IMG/VR virus record: IMGVR_UViG_3300021560_000007
Coordinates: 1 to 45,022 of that record
Strand: one strand, 5' to 3'
Source of the DNA: a virus
Taxonomy: Duplodnaviria; Caudoviricetes
Length of the DNA stretch: 45,022 nucleotides
Under the pieces are notes generated by a model. The model had not been told where the DNA came from. It did no database searches and was given only the letters and a program-made list of their open reading frames with translations. How positions within the stretch are numbered: position 1 is the stretch's first letter; the number at the start of each line of letters is the position of its first letter. Positions 9,518-19,223 of this stretch are shown here, in pieces. The position numbers were made by a program, and so were the translations under genes.

Positions 9518-10773
9518 TGGGTGGCGGCGGACAGACCCAACAATCTAATCAAACCTCGCAGGTTCAACTGCCTCCGTGGGTCAATCAGGCGGCGCAGCAG
9601 AATTACGGCCTCGCTCAGAATATTGCCAACCGCCCATTGCAACAATATCAAGGCCAGATGGTTGCCGATCCGTCTGCGCAACAGCAGCAGGCTTGGAACA
9701 CGGCGGCGAATGCTGGTAGCGTCGGTCAGACGCAATACAATGCGGCGACGGGAGGGTATCTCAACACCTTGGGCGGATCGGCTCCGCAAGTAACTCCCGG
9801 AGCGCTCGCGAACACCAATCTGTCGCCTTATATGAATCCCTATACCCAGAACGTGATCAATACTACGCTCCCCATCATGCAACAACAGATGCAGCAGGCA
9901 TCGATGGGCAATGCTGCCCAAGCGGCGGGATCGAATGCATTTGGTGGGTCGAGACAGGGCATTCAGCAAGGTGTCACCCAAGCTCAGGGCGCGCTGAATA
10001 TGGCGCAGATGGCGCAGCAGTTGAATCAGTCCAATTTCCAGCAAGCTCAAGCCGGGGCGATGGGCGATATCAACAATCAACTCGCAGCGGCGACCGCGAA
10101 TCAGAACGCCTATCTTCAGAATGCTAACCTGCAAAATCAGGCCGCAAGCGGTATGGCGCAGCTTGGCAACACTATGAATCAAAATAATTTCATGAATTAC
10201 GAGATGCAATCTGCGGCGGGTCAGCAACAGCAGCAGCAGGCGCAGAATGTTATCAACGCCAATATGGCGAAATTCAATCAGGCTTGGAATTATCCGAGCA
10301 CGCAGCTTGGTGTTCTACAGTCGGCATTGGGCATGACGCCTTACGGCCAGACGCAGACGACAAGCGGTCAGACACAGACTTCCGCGCAGACCGATCCGTT
10401 GATGGCGGGTCTTGGCATCGCGCAGATTATGGGTGGGTTCTTCAGTTCTGATAAGGAGCAGAAGACAGATATCAAGAAATTAGGGGATCACAATGGCCTT
10501 CCGATGTACGCTTTCCGATACAAAGGGGATCCTAAGAGCTATCCGAAAGTTATTGGACCTATGGCGCAGGATCTCCAAAAGATTGATCCGTCGAAAGTCG
10601 TCAGTATCGCCGGATCAAAAGCGATACGAAGCGGAGCCGGGGCTCTTGCAACTCCTGATTCCGTCCAGACCCCATTCGGCATGGCGCATCGAGGTTCTGA
10701 TGGAAGGCACTATGTTACGCATCCATCGGGCAGACGCTTTGCTATAAAGAGGAAGAGCGGTGGCCTCGTATGA
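9517..10773 (+). CDS. Gln-rich DNA ejection/pilot protein with C-terminal peptidase S74-like chaperone domain
   Basis: MGGGGQTQ...LPPW, YMNPY, AFGGSR motifs; FSSDKEQKTDIKKLG...Y.FRYK...GPMAQD. Confidence 0.75.
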   Translation: MGGGGQTQQSNQTSQVQLPPWVNQAAQQNYGLAQNIANRPLQQYQGQMVADPSAQQQQAWNTAANAGSVGQTQYNAATGGYLNTLGGSAPQVTPGALANTNLSPYMNPYTQNVINTTLPIMQQQMQQASMGNAAQAAGSNAFGGSRQGIQQGVTQAQGALNMAQMAQQLNQSNFQQAQAGAMGDINNQLAAATANQNAYLQNANLQNQAASGMAQLGNTMNQNNFMNYEMQSAAGQQQQQQAQNVINANMAKFNQAWNYPSTQLGVLQSALGMTPYGQTQTTSGQTQTSAQTDPLMAGLGIAQIMGGFFSSDKEQKTDIKKLGDHNGLPMYAFRYKGDPKSYPKVIGPMAQDLQKIDPSKVVSIAGSKAIRSGAGALATPDSVQTPFGMAHRGSDGRHYVTHPSGRRFAIKRKSGGLV

Positions 10774-12340
10774 TCTAGGCGATTGGCAGCTAGAAGACGC
10801 GCCGCCAACCAGCCCGCTTGACGCTTATCGGTATCAGCCTCCGTTGAATGCGCAGACGCTTGCTCAGCAAGGAGGATACGGTACATTGAGCGCGGCTCCC
10901 TCCGCGTCTTGGAGCGATCGCTTGGGGGCTGGATTCGCTAACTTAATGGATCGAGCAAGGGGCGCTCCTAGCCGTCAAGGATGGCAGAATGCTAATGAGA
11001 TATCACAGAACGTGGCGGGCCTTATCCCAGGATTGAATATGGGCCTTAGTGGCAATCAGGCATATCGTGATTACGGTCAAGGAAACTATGCCGGGGCATT
11101 GGCTAACGCTGCGATGGCAATGCCGATTCCCGGCGCGCGGGCGCTTGCTCCAATCAAGGATGTCCTACAAGAAGGAGCGGAGCCCATTGGACGCGCTATT
11201 GCAACTGAGGCTGGAACTCCTGGTATTCTTGCCTATCATGGTTCGCGTCACGACTTTCCGTCGTTTGATTTTAGTAAAATTGGATCGGGGGAGGGCGCTC
11301 AAGCTTATGGCCACGGGCTTTACTTCGCCGAGCATCCGGATGTGGCGGAAAGGTACAAAACAGCGGGGCTTGGAGGAGGCTATGTTACTCCATTAATAAA
11401 TGATGCGGGGGACCAAATTCATTTCGATATGGGCGAACCAGATCATGTCGCTGATGCCCACGCGGCGCTGTCTGAAACTGGGGATTATGACGCTGCTCGT
11501 GAATCTATTCACGATGACATCAATAATTTTAAGAATATCGGTGATCCTGAAGCAGATAAAATCGTAAATTCATTGCTTGATTCTATTGCTCAATTAGATA
11601 AATGGGAAGACGATGGATATTATTTAAGAGAATCAGAGGGTCACAAGTATCAAGTCTCCATCGGGCACGATCCGGATAAGTTCCTCGATTGGGATAAACC
11701 ATTCAGCGAGCAACATCCTGATGTCCAAAAGGCTTTCCGAGATATGGGCATTGAACCGGAAGAAGGCGAAAAATTAACCGGTGAAGATATGTACGGTTCA
11801 TTGTCAGAAATTCACGAGGGTGTTCAGAAGCGCAATGATTTCGGGCACGGGGAACCTAGCGATCCGTGGGTAGAGGCAGCTCAATCCATGCAAGATAGGG
11901 GAATTCAAGGGATCAAATACCTTGATGAAGGATCTAGATTTGGCCCCGATTTCCAAACGCCACCCGCCGCTATTTTAATGAAGGATTTGCCAGCAAATGT
12001 TCAGAAGAACTTGCAATCGCATCCTTTTTATACATATAGCGATAAAGCAAACCCATCCCTCAACGCTATTCATGATGATATGAGCAGTAGATTTGAGCAA
12101 ATAGGCAAAAATTCAATTGACGCCCACAATTTGGCGTCTAATGCAATGACGGATGCTGGCGTTGAGTTGAGCCCGCGGCAGAAAACGTACAATTATGTGG
12201 TCAATAATGATAAATACATCGATGTTCTTAAGAAATACGGCATTCCAGCGGCGGCAGGCGGAATGGGGTTATTGCCATTCTTGCAAAAGCATGGAGATAA
12301 GGCGGATCAGTATCAGATGACGGAGCAACCCGGTGCCTGA
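10760..12340 (+). CDS. Internal virion protein with ART-like (polyvalent-protein type) domain
   Basis: AYHGS...F..FD.SKIGSGEGAQAYGHGLYFAE; LDWDKP.SEQ; GI.GIKYLD.GSR; NYVV. Confidence 0.65.
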   Translation: MASYDLGDWQLEDAPPTSPLDAYRYQPPLNAQTLAQQGGYGTLSAAPSASWSDRLGAGFANLMDRARGAPSRQGWQNANEISQNVAGLIPGLNMGLSGNQAYRDYGQGNYAGALANAAMAMPIPGARALAPIKDVLQEGAEPIGRAIATEAGTPGILAYHGSRHDFPSFDFSKIGSGEGAQAYGHGLYFAEHPDVAERYKTAGLGGGYVTPLINDAGDQIHFDMGEPDHVADAHAALSETGDYDAARESIHDDINNFKNIGDPEADKIVNSLLDSIAQLDKWEDDGYYLRESEGHKYQVSIGHDPDKFLDWDKPFSEQHPDVQKAFRDMGIEPEEGEKLTGEDMYGSLSEIHEGVQKRNDFGHGEPSDPWVEAAQSMQDRGIQGIKYLDEGSRFGPDFQTPPAAILMKDLPANVQKNLQSHPFYTYSDKANPSLNAIHDDMSSRFEQIGKNSIDAHNLASNAMTDAGVELSPRQKTYNYVVNNDKYIDVLKKYGIPAAAGGMGLLPFLQKHGDKADQYQMTEQPGA

Positions 12341-13049
12341 TTTTCTTACTTCCCTCCAACACTTTGAGAGTGGCGGGCGAAATATACCCAACACTACGCA
12401 AGGTACATCGTCCGGTCAAGCTCAGGGTCTCAATCAGATCACCACGGGAACGTGGCATGAATTCGGCGGGGATGTTTATGCTCCTACTCCATTAGAGGCT
12501 ACACCGGAACAGCAAAACGCTATTGCCGCGAAGATTCCGATGGGACGTTGGGCACCAGAGACATTGGCTTATCTGAGAAATCAAGGATTTAGCGTTAATC
12601 CGAAGACAACCTTAGCGGATAATATCGCCGCTAATCACGGGACTCTGGGAACTGCGTCTTCGCCTCATTCTGAAACTCCTGGAACGACACTGAATGCAAC
12701 GGCAACTCAGCCGTCTCAGATGTCCCCATTCGACAAGTTCCGATCCGGCGACATTAAGGGCGGCATTGCCGGATTGTCGCAATCGGTTAGCGGTCAACCG
12801 GGGCAAGGAAGCCCCATGGACGCTATTCGACCCAAATCTCCTGCGCCTCAAGGCATGAGTGTTCCAAACTTGCAAGCTCACGCCCCGAATATGGCGATGG
12901 CGATGGGCGCGGTGCAAGCGGCTCAGTCGAATCAGCTTCAACCGTTGCAACATCAAAATGTTGGAGGCTTAGGAGGCCTTGGGGGCATGCAACCAATCGG
13001 CGGAATTCTTGATCCGCGAATGATGATGATGGGAGGCTTCTATGGTTGA
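12333..13049 (+). CDS. Virion protein with N-terminal Rpf-like lytic transglycosylase domain
   Basis: HFESGG...AQGL.QIT..TW..FGG...AP....ATPEQQ.AIA followed by a low-complexity tail. Confidence 0.75.
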   Translation: MPDFLTSLQHFESGGRNIPNTTQGTSSGQAQGLNQITTGTWHEFGGDVYAPTPLEATPEQQNAIAAKIPMGRWAPETLAYLRNQGFSVNPKTTLADNIAANHGTLGTASSPHSETPGTTLNATATQPSQMSPFDKFRSGDIKGGIAGLSQSVSGQPGQGSPMDAIRPKSPAPQGMSVPNLQAHAPNMAMAMGAVQAAQSNQLQPLQHQNVGGLGGLGGMQPIGGILDPRMMMMGGFYG

Positions 13050-13755
13050 TTGGGCCTACCCAGCGAATTCGGGCGTTGATCTTACCGGCCTCAATCCGGC
13101 GTTCGCTACTCATCTCTCCGACTTTGAGAAGGCGGCGCTCGCATCTGGCATCCCGGCTCATGTGTTGTCGGGATTTCGAAGCAATGCGCAACAGCAGCAG
13201 CTATTCAATACCCATCAAGGAACGGGGTCGAATCCAGTTGCTCCTCCTGGCCAATCCTATCACAATTTCGGGATGGCAGCAGACATTCAGGCGGATGATC
13301 CGAAGAATCAAGCTCGCCTCGGCGAGATGGCTTCTCAATTCGGTTTGTCTACGATCCCCAACGATCCGAATCACTTCCAGATGGCAAATTGGAAACCGGG
13401 AGATCCCACGCCCTCTTCTACTGTCCCGTTCACCCAACCCAACGGGAGCGTCGTTGCGGGCACGACGTTAAATACTCCGGCTGGAGTTAACGTTGGACCT
13501 CCAAGCGCTGGTTCTATGGCGAAGGGTCTGGGTTCGAATATGGCGCAACAGGGTATGGGAACCCTCGCCAAAGCAATGGGAGGCGGCAATGCTCCGGCTC
13601 CTCAACAAATGCAGACGCCGAATCTGCAACCTCACGGGGCGCAAATGAGCCCTGAAATGATGCAGATGATGGCGCTGCAGCAACAGAGGCCTTATGGTTT
13701 ATCGCTTGGAGGCGGTGGGCCATTCAGTGACACTCAAGGATATGGATACGCATAA
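13042..13755 (+). CDS. Virion protein with M15-family zinc peptidoglycan peptidase domain
   Basis: SGFRS..QQ.LF...VAPPG.SYH.FG.AADI...DP.HFQ, then a low-complexity tail. Confidence 0.8.
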   Translation: MVDWAYPANSGVDLTGLNPAFATHLSDFEKAALASGIPAHVLSGFRSNAQQQQLFNTHQGTGSNPVAPPGQSYHNFGMAADIQADDPKNQARLGEMASQFGLSTIPNDPNHFQMANWKPGDPTPSSTVPFTQPNGSVVAGTTLNTPAGVNVGPPSAGSMAKGLGSNMAQQGMGTLAKAMGGGNAPAPQQMQTPNLQPHGAQMSPEMMQMMALQQQRPYGLSLGGGGPFSDTQGYGYA

Positions 13756-14447
13756 TGGGCGACCCCTCACCGCAATATAGCGACATGATGGCTGGGGTTT
13801 ATCCAGACCCCACTCAATGGAGCAATCCGTATTCTAGCTTCAATCAGCCGGGGCAGATGCCTGGTTGGCCGACGGGTTATGTCGGCGTTCCCATGGACGC
13901 AACCGGGAAGCCTATTCAGAGCTATCAAGCTCCGCAACAGCCCGCTCCTGCCCAAGGCACGACGTTGAATTCGTCTCCAAATTTGCAGCAACAAATGATG
14001 CAGAATTTGGCGATGGCGCGGGGTCAAGGAACGGAACAGATGGGCGTGACGCCATACGGCTATTTTAGCCAAGCCGGTGGAGGGCAGGGCGTTCAAGGCA
14101 ATGGCAGAGGGGTTCCTCAAGCTGGTGCGGTATTCGTTCCAACACCGATGCCTCAACAAACCACTCCATCTGCAAGTACGGGGGGCGTTCAACCAGCGTC
14201 GGCTGGAAGCAATTATCAAGCGGCGTTAACCGCGCTTGCAAATCCGAATCAGGTACAAACTCCGGGGGCTGCTTGGACGCCGATGCAGCAAGGAATGGGT
14301 TCGCAAGGTATTCTCAATAATTTCATCAATAATTGGCAGAAGGGTGGCATTGGGATGTCAGCGCAGCCTGGAATAGGCGGAGGATCAGCCGGAATTTCTA
14401 CGGCGGCGAATAACCCGTTCTTTGCGAATATGGGAGCCAAACGCTAA
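13755..14447 (+). CDS. Low-complexity (G/Q/P/M) internal virion protein
   Basis: Coupled ORF in the ejection operon; shares GTTLN and PNLQ motifs with the two preceding genes. Confidence 0.7.
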   Translation: MGDPSPQYSDMMAGVYPDPTQWSNPYSSFNQPGQMPGWPTGYVGVPMDATGKPIQSYQAPQQPAPAQGTTLNSSPNLQQQMMQNLAMARGQGTEQMGVTPYGYFSQAGGGQGVQGNGRGVPQAGAVFVPTPMPQQTTPSASTGGVQPASAGSNYQAALTALANPNQVQTPGAAWTPMQQGMGSQGILNNFINNWQKGGIGMSAQPGIGGGSAGISTAANNPFFANMGAKR

Positions 14448-16165
14448 TGGCAATCGGTGATATGCTATTCGCTTTGATGGGCAGACCCAATCCGCGCGAT
14501 CAGCTTGCGGAAGCGCTCGGGCATGCTCCTGGAATGACTGGGAGCCCGAATGCCGGGATTGTCCCCGGTCAAGGCGGCGGAGTGGGTTCGATTGGTTTGG
14601 CTGGTCGAGGGCCGAATGCTCCTCCGGATCAGAACCCGCAACAGGGCCAGCCCCAACAGGGGCAGCAAGGCGGACAACAGTCTCAACAGCCGCCGCAACC
14701 TCAGGCTTATACGACGCAGCCTGATCTTGCTCAGACGTATTTGCAATTGATGCAACGTGCGCAGGCGAATCAGCAGATCAATTCGGGGATGGGGTTGCTG
14801 GCGGCAGGATTGAGTCACAATCAACAAAATCGTGAGATTATGGTCAATTCGATGAGCCAGCTGAACAATGCGCAAGCAGCTAGCGGCATCGGCGGAGCGG
14901 GCGGCCTTGGGGATTTAGGCAAGCTTATTCAGACGCAACGTGAAATGGCGATGCAGAACTATATGCTGAATCATATCAAGGAAGGCGCTGCTTCACTTGG
15001 CATTACGCCGGATCAATATCTCACGGGTTATATGACGGGGAAGCTTGGCGACATCGAATCAAACATTATCCAACAACAGCACCTTGAGGCTTCGCCGAAA
15101 TACAAGGCTGATATCGCTGAAGCGCAGGCTAGGACGGCGCTTTCTCAGGGTCAAGCCGGAGCCATCCCATCAACGATTGCGAAGACTCAGGCAGATACCG
15201 CTGAGGCGCAGGCTCGCACTGGAGCGATTCCGGCTGACGTCGCCCTCAAACAGCAACAGGCTGCAGAGGCAGCGGCGCGGGCTTCTGCCGTTCCGTCCAC
15301 TATCGCGAAGACTCAAGCTGAAGCGGCAGCGATCCCAACTCATACCGCTCTTGAACAGGCTCAAGCTGGCGCGATTCCAGCTGATATCGTCCTCAAGCAG
15401 GCTGAGGCTAAAAAGAATTTGGCCGAAGCATCGGGGCCGACCGATGCCCTGCGAAATTACAATTTTGCGGTGCAGCAATTCCAAGCTGACCCGAATAATG
15501 CCGGGAAGACTCCTCCTACATTCGATCAATGGAATGCCCAGCAATCAGGAATGAAGGAAGCTGCGACGCAACAAGCTCTATTGAGCACTCAGCAGAAGAT
15601 GTCGGCTCAGGCTGCGATGCCGGATGCAATCAAGAAGGTGGCTGAGTATCAGAAGCTGGCTGACGATATATTGAATGACCCAATGCTGAGCACTTTGACG
15701 GGTCCTGTAGGGGGCAGCCTATTCAAAGCGATCGCAGATCGTGGTGGACCGGGATCTGCATTGCAGGCCAAGATTGACCAGCTTAGAGGCGCATCAGGTG
15801 TTTCGGCAGTTGACGCGTTGAAGGGCGGTGTTGGACGCATTCTGGGGGTTGAGTTTAATGAATCTGACAAGGCTCAGAGTCGACTCAGCGATCAGCACCT
15901 ACAGGTAGAGGACTTTAAAGAAGCTGTTCGGGATTATCGAGATAGCTTGAGCATGGATCTTGCCAATGTTACCCAGAAATCTGGAATGGCGGTTCCCCAA
16001 TACCTGCAGCAATGGGTATCAGACCCAACTACTGGCAAAGTCCCAGGCATTGAATTACGGAAAGTTCCTCCATCCGCTATTGAACATCTTAAAGCTAATC
16101 CGCAATTGCGCGATCAATTTGATAGCAAGTATGGCAAAGGTATGTCGGGATGGGTGTTGAGGTAA
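14447..16165 (+). CDS. DNA ejection/transfer protein with internal Ala-rich repeats
   Basis: 572 aa; AIP/STIAKTQ repeats; C-terminal P..AIEHLKANP.LR.QFD.KYG motif. Confidence 0.7.
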   Translation: MAIGDMLFALMGRPNPRDQLAEALGHAPGMTGSPNAGIVPGQGGGVGSIGLAGRGPNAPPDQNPQQGQPQQGQQGGQQSQQPPQPQAYTTQPDLAQTYLQLMQRAQANQQINSGMGLLAAGLSHNQQNREIMVNSMSQLNNAQAASGIGGAGGLGDLGKLIQTQREMAMQNYMLNHIKEGAASLGITPDQYLTGYMTGKLGDIESNIIQQQHLEASPKYKADIAEAQARTALSQGQAGAIPSTIAKTQADTAEAQARTGAIPADVALKQQQAAEAAARASAVPSTIAKTQAEAAAIPTHTALEQAQAGAIPADIVLKQAEAKKNLAEASGPTDALRNYNFAVQQFQADPNNAGKTPPTFDQWNAQQSGMKEAATQQALLSTQQKMSAQAAMPDAIKKVAEYQKLADDILNDPMLSTLTGPVGGSLFKAIADRGGPGSALQAKIDQLRGASGVSAVDALKGGVGRILGVEFNESDKAQSRLSDQHLQVEDFKEAVRDYRDSLSMDLANVTQKSGMAVPQYLQQWVSDPTTGKVPGIELRKVPPSAIEHLKANPQLRDQFDSKYGKGMSGWVLR

Positions 16166-16169
16166 TAAC

Positions 16170-17504
16170 ATGGCTAATGAATTCGATCAGTTCGACAAAC
16201 CCCCCGACCCGAATGTATTCGACCAATTCAGCCATTCGGATGGGACTGGTCGTCCTAATCCTGATATATTGCAGCCTCGAACTTTGGCTCAGGTCGGTCA
16301 AGATATCCCCGCTGCGTTGCGGACTTTCAACGCTGGAATGACGCACGGGCTTTGGGATCCAACTGTCGGAGCTGTCAAATCTTTATTCGGCGGCGGCCTT
16401 GGCGCGAGAATTCAAGCTGAGCAGGAAGCCACGCAGAGAGCACGGGCTCAAGTTGGCCCGATTCCTGAAACCATTGGTTCCTTCTATGATCCGGTAAACC
16501 GTATATTCGGTGGCGTTGAGAATTATGCTTCTAAGATTGCTAATCCTATTCTTCGATGGGGCGCTCGTGCAATTGGCCAAGGAACTGCTGGCGCGGCGTA
16601 TTCGGGGACTAAGGCGGTGGCAGAAGGCCAGCCAGTTATGCCAGCAATGACGTGGGGAGCAACGACTGGTGCTCTTGCGTCTCCCATCGCTGCGATGGGG
16701 AATGTAACTAGCAGACCCGGAGCACCGACCACCGCTGAATTTCAACAGAAATTGGAAGATGCTCGCCAAACCGCTTTAAGTACTGGTTATTCAACTGCGG
16801 ATGCCAGAGCAGCATCTTATGGGGCGAATTTAGACGCTAAGCATGATCAATACATGGGCGCAACCGATGCCAACTCCGTTGGTACAGTTCATAACAATTT
16901 TCAAAAATGGGCCAACAATCCTGACGAGCCACATTCGGTTAGTCAACTTATGGATTGGCGCGATAAAGCTAATTCAGTGGGGGCGACTCAGTTAGTTGAT
17001 AGAATAAATGATATGTTCGAGAATGGTACCCCGATGGGAGGCGTTGAAGGATCGGGGCAACGAATTTCGAATGCAGTTACATCGGCGGATAAGAACTGGC
17101 AGATATCATCTGGTTTAGAGAAGCCAGTTGATACAACAGTGGGGGGAATCAAGACTACCCGCCCGATGAGCTACAATGAGGCATCTGATTTGACAGGGCA
17201 GGACACATATCTGGGTAGTTTAGCCCAGAACACATCGGATCACGCTTGGCGTGTTGCGCACGGGCTCGGTGAACCTCTCGCAGCCGGATTAGCGTTCCAT
17301 GGTGCGGTTCCTGAAGCGCTTGCGACGGTGGGGTTGTCGACGATCGCTGCACCCGCATTGAAAGGCGTCGCGCAATCAACCGCGAATCGACAGGTTGGTA
17401 ATCTCAGGAATGCATGGGCGAGTGGAATTCAGGGGCCTACTTCCGTAGCGACTAATTCGGATTGGATTAAGGCGCTATATTCGCTATCGTTGGGTGGTCA
17501 ATAA
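16170..17504 (+). CDS. DNA ejection/internal virion protein
   Basis: N-terminal N.FDQFD...N.FDQF motif, G/A-rich hydrophobic segments; SD GAGG. Confidence 0.7.
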   Translation: MANEFDQFDKPPDPNVFDQFSHSDGTGRPNPDILQPRTLAQVGQDIPAALRTFNAGMTHGLWDPTVGAVKSLFGGGLGARIQAEQEATQRARAQVGPIPETIGSFYDPVNRIFGGVENYASKIANPILRWGARAIGQGTAGAAYSGTKAVAEGQPVMPAMTWGATTGALASPIAAMGNVTSRPGAPTTAEFQQKLEDARQTALSTGYSTADARAASYGANLDAKHDQYMGATDANSVGTVHNNFQKWANNPDEPHSVSQLMDWRDKANSVGATQLVDRINDMFENGTPMGGVEGSGQRISNAVTSADKNWQISSGLEKPVDTTVGGIKTTRPMSYNEASDLTGQDTYLGSLAQNTSDHAWRVAHGLGEPLAAGLAFHGAVPEALATVGLSTIAAPALKGVAQSTANRQVGNLRNAWASGIQGPTSVATNSDWIKALYSLSLGGQ

Positions 17505-17578
17505 ATGAAGCATAGAAATAGTAGCCACAGAACATACATGATTAAGAAAATCATGCCGATGCCGTTAATCTCATTCAT
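17498..17578 (-). CDS. 26-aa hydrophobic membrane micro-peptide (absent from the ORF track)
   Basis: MNEINGIGMIFLIMYVLWLLFLCFIY*; SD GAGGTGAG at 17581-17588; own sigma70 promoter. Confidence 0.65.
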   Translation of the reverse strand: MNEINGIGMIFLIMYVLWLLFLCFIY

Positions 17579-17595
17579 GGCTCACCTCACGCGCC

Positions 17596-17624
17596 ATTTT
17601 AACACACGGCGCGTCGTCTGTCAA
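17596..17624 (-). promoter_or_regulatory. Sigma70 promoter P1
   Basis: TTGACA-17-TAAAAT with GTG extended -10. Confidence 0.85.
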
Positions 17625-17650
17625 GATATCTTTCTAGTGGAAGAAGTACA

Positions 17651-18352
17651 ATGATTGACCGCGATACGTTCTTCAACACTGTTCGGGCTTCCTTATTCGG
17701 CGGCTCATTGACACAGAGTCAAGTTGACGGGATGAATTACCTCCTTGATATCTGGGAAGAATTCTTCGAGGAGGCTAATCCTCGCGACGGGAATAACTGG
17801 CTTTCTTATTGTATGGCTACTGTTTATCACGAAACAGGCCGGAAGATGGTTCCGGTGCCTGAAAATGGCGGAAAACCATACGGGAACCCGCCTGCTAGTT
17901 ATTGGAATAAGACTGGACCCTACAACCAAGTGTATTATGGAAGGGGTCATGTTCAGCTGACGTGGGATTCAAATTACAAGAAAGGTCAGGATCAATTAAA
18001 GAAAAATTACAATCTTAATGTTCCAATCTATCAGAAAGCTGACCTCATGCTGGATGATAGGCCATCGGCGCTTATTTTATATGACGGATGCACGATCGGC
18101 TGGTTCACCGGTGTCGGTCTTCCTAAGTACTTTAATTCGACCACCGAAGACCCAGTGAACGCTCGTCGAGTGGTAAATGGGACCGACCAAGCACAGACGA
18201 TAGCCGGTTATTACTGGAAATTCAAGCCAGCTATTGTTACAGCCCCAGAACCTGCGCCGACACCGCCAGATTCGCAGAACATCAGTTTAACCGTTCCTGA
18301 TGGGATACAAGTAACGGTGAATGGGGTCGTGGTCTGGCCACAAGGAGACTGA
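17651..18352 (+). CDS. Endolysin, glycoside hydrolase family 19-like
   Basis: ATVYHET, YYGRGHVQLTW..NY, ARRVVNGTD.A..IA. Confidence 0.85.
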   Translation: MIDRDTFFNTVRASLFGGSLTQSQVDGMNYLLDIWEEFFEEANPRDGNNWLSYCMATVYHETGRKMVPVPENGGKPYGNPPASYWNKTGPYNQVYYGRGHVQLTWDSNYKKGQDQLKKNYNLNVPIYQKADLMLDDRPSALILYDGCTIGWFTGVGLPKYFNSTTEDPVNARRVVNGTDQAQTIAGYYWKFKPAIVTAPEPAPTPPDSQNISLTVPDGIQVTVNGVVVWPQGD

Positions 18353-18353
18353 G

Positions 18354-18908
18354 ATGAGTTACACGATAACTGACTTCACCAATCAAGCCGTGCTCAGCGC
18401 GAAAATCTTTTACGCAGATCCAAACCGCGTAACGGAGCTGAACGCTATCATTTCGGCGCTGAATCCGGATCCAACAACGCACGACACGACGATTGAGACG
18501 GCTCCAGCTGGCGTTCAGCCGGGGAACGTTCTCAACACCCCATTCGCTGGCGAAGTGATTCGGCTAGTCAATCGAGGGAAGGCAGGGAACCTGACCAACG
18601 CTGCGATGGCGACGGCATTGAGTCAGGAAATCGCCGCAGTTCTCCCGCCGGTGAATACTGGCCCGCCAGTTGCAAGCGGAACCGGAACGGTGGGTTCCAC
18701 ATTGAACGTGACGACCGGAGCTTGGAGCAACTTCCCCGCCTCGTATACTTATCAGTGGCTTCGAGGCGCAGCGACTATTGCTGGAGCAACTGCCTCGTCG
18801 TATGTTCTCGTCGCAGCCGACAGTGGCAATTCGGTTAGTTGCCGCGTCACGGCGACGAATCCCACCGGTTCTGCTTCCACAACGTCGAATGCCATTGCTA
18901 TTGCATGA
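18354..18908 (+). CDS. Ig-like domain virion protein
   Basis: PVNT.PP..SG...VG.TL....G.W....Y.YQW...IAGAT..SY....AD.G..V.C.VTATN; SD AAGGAG. Confidence 0.75.
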   Translation: MSYTITDFTNQAVLSAKIFYADPNRVTELNAIISALNPDPTTHDTTIETAPAGVQPGNVLNTPFAGEVIRLVNRGKAGNLTNAAMATALSQEIAAVLPPVNTGPPVASGTGTVGSTLNVTTGAWSNFPASYTYQWLRGAATIAGATASSYVLVAADSGNSVSCRVTATNPTGSASTTSNAIAIA

Positions 18909-19222
18909 GCGATGAACTAACTAAATCGCTTCCTCCGATCCCCAAGATCCTGGATTATCCAGTGACCGTGGGGATCGCTCTCGATATATTGTTTATTACG
19001 TTTTTGCTTGTGGTTGTTTACAAATTCGACAAGTCGCAGGGTATTTTAACGATCTCACTTCTTGTTATTCTAGCGTTCATAGGTTTGGCTATATTCTGCG
19101 TATTCTTTGCGGTTCCCGCTGACGAAATAACGTCGGCGGTAATAGGGGGTTTAGTAGCTGCATTCGGCGCGGTTATTGCACATTGGATCGGCAAGACAAA
19201 CGGACACGACAAAGGAGAATGA
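18905..19222 (+). CDS. Holin-like membrane protein (about 3 TM helices)
   Basis: Three hydrophobic segments; near the endolysin; ATGA coupling. Confidence 0.6.
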   Translation: MSDELTKSLPPIPKILDYPVTVGIALDILFITFLLVVVYKFDKSQGILTISLLVILAFIGLAIFCVFFAVPADEITSAVIGGLVAAFGAVIAHWIGKTNGHDKGE

Positions 19223-19223
19223 A

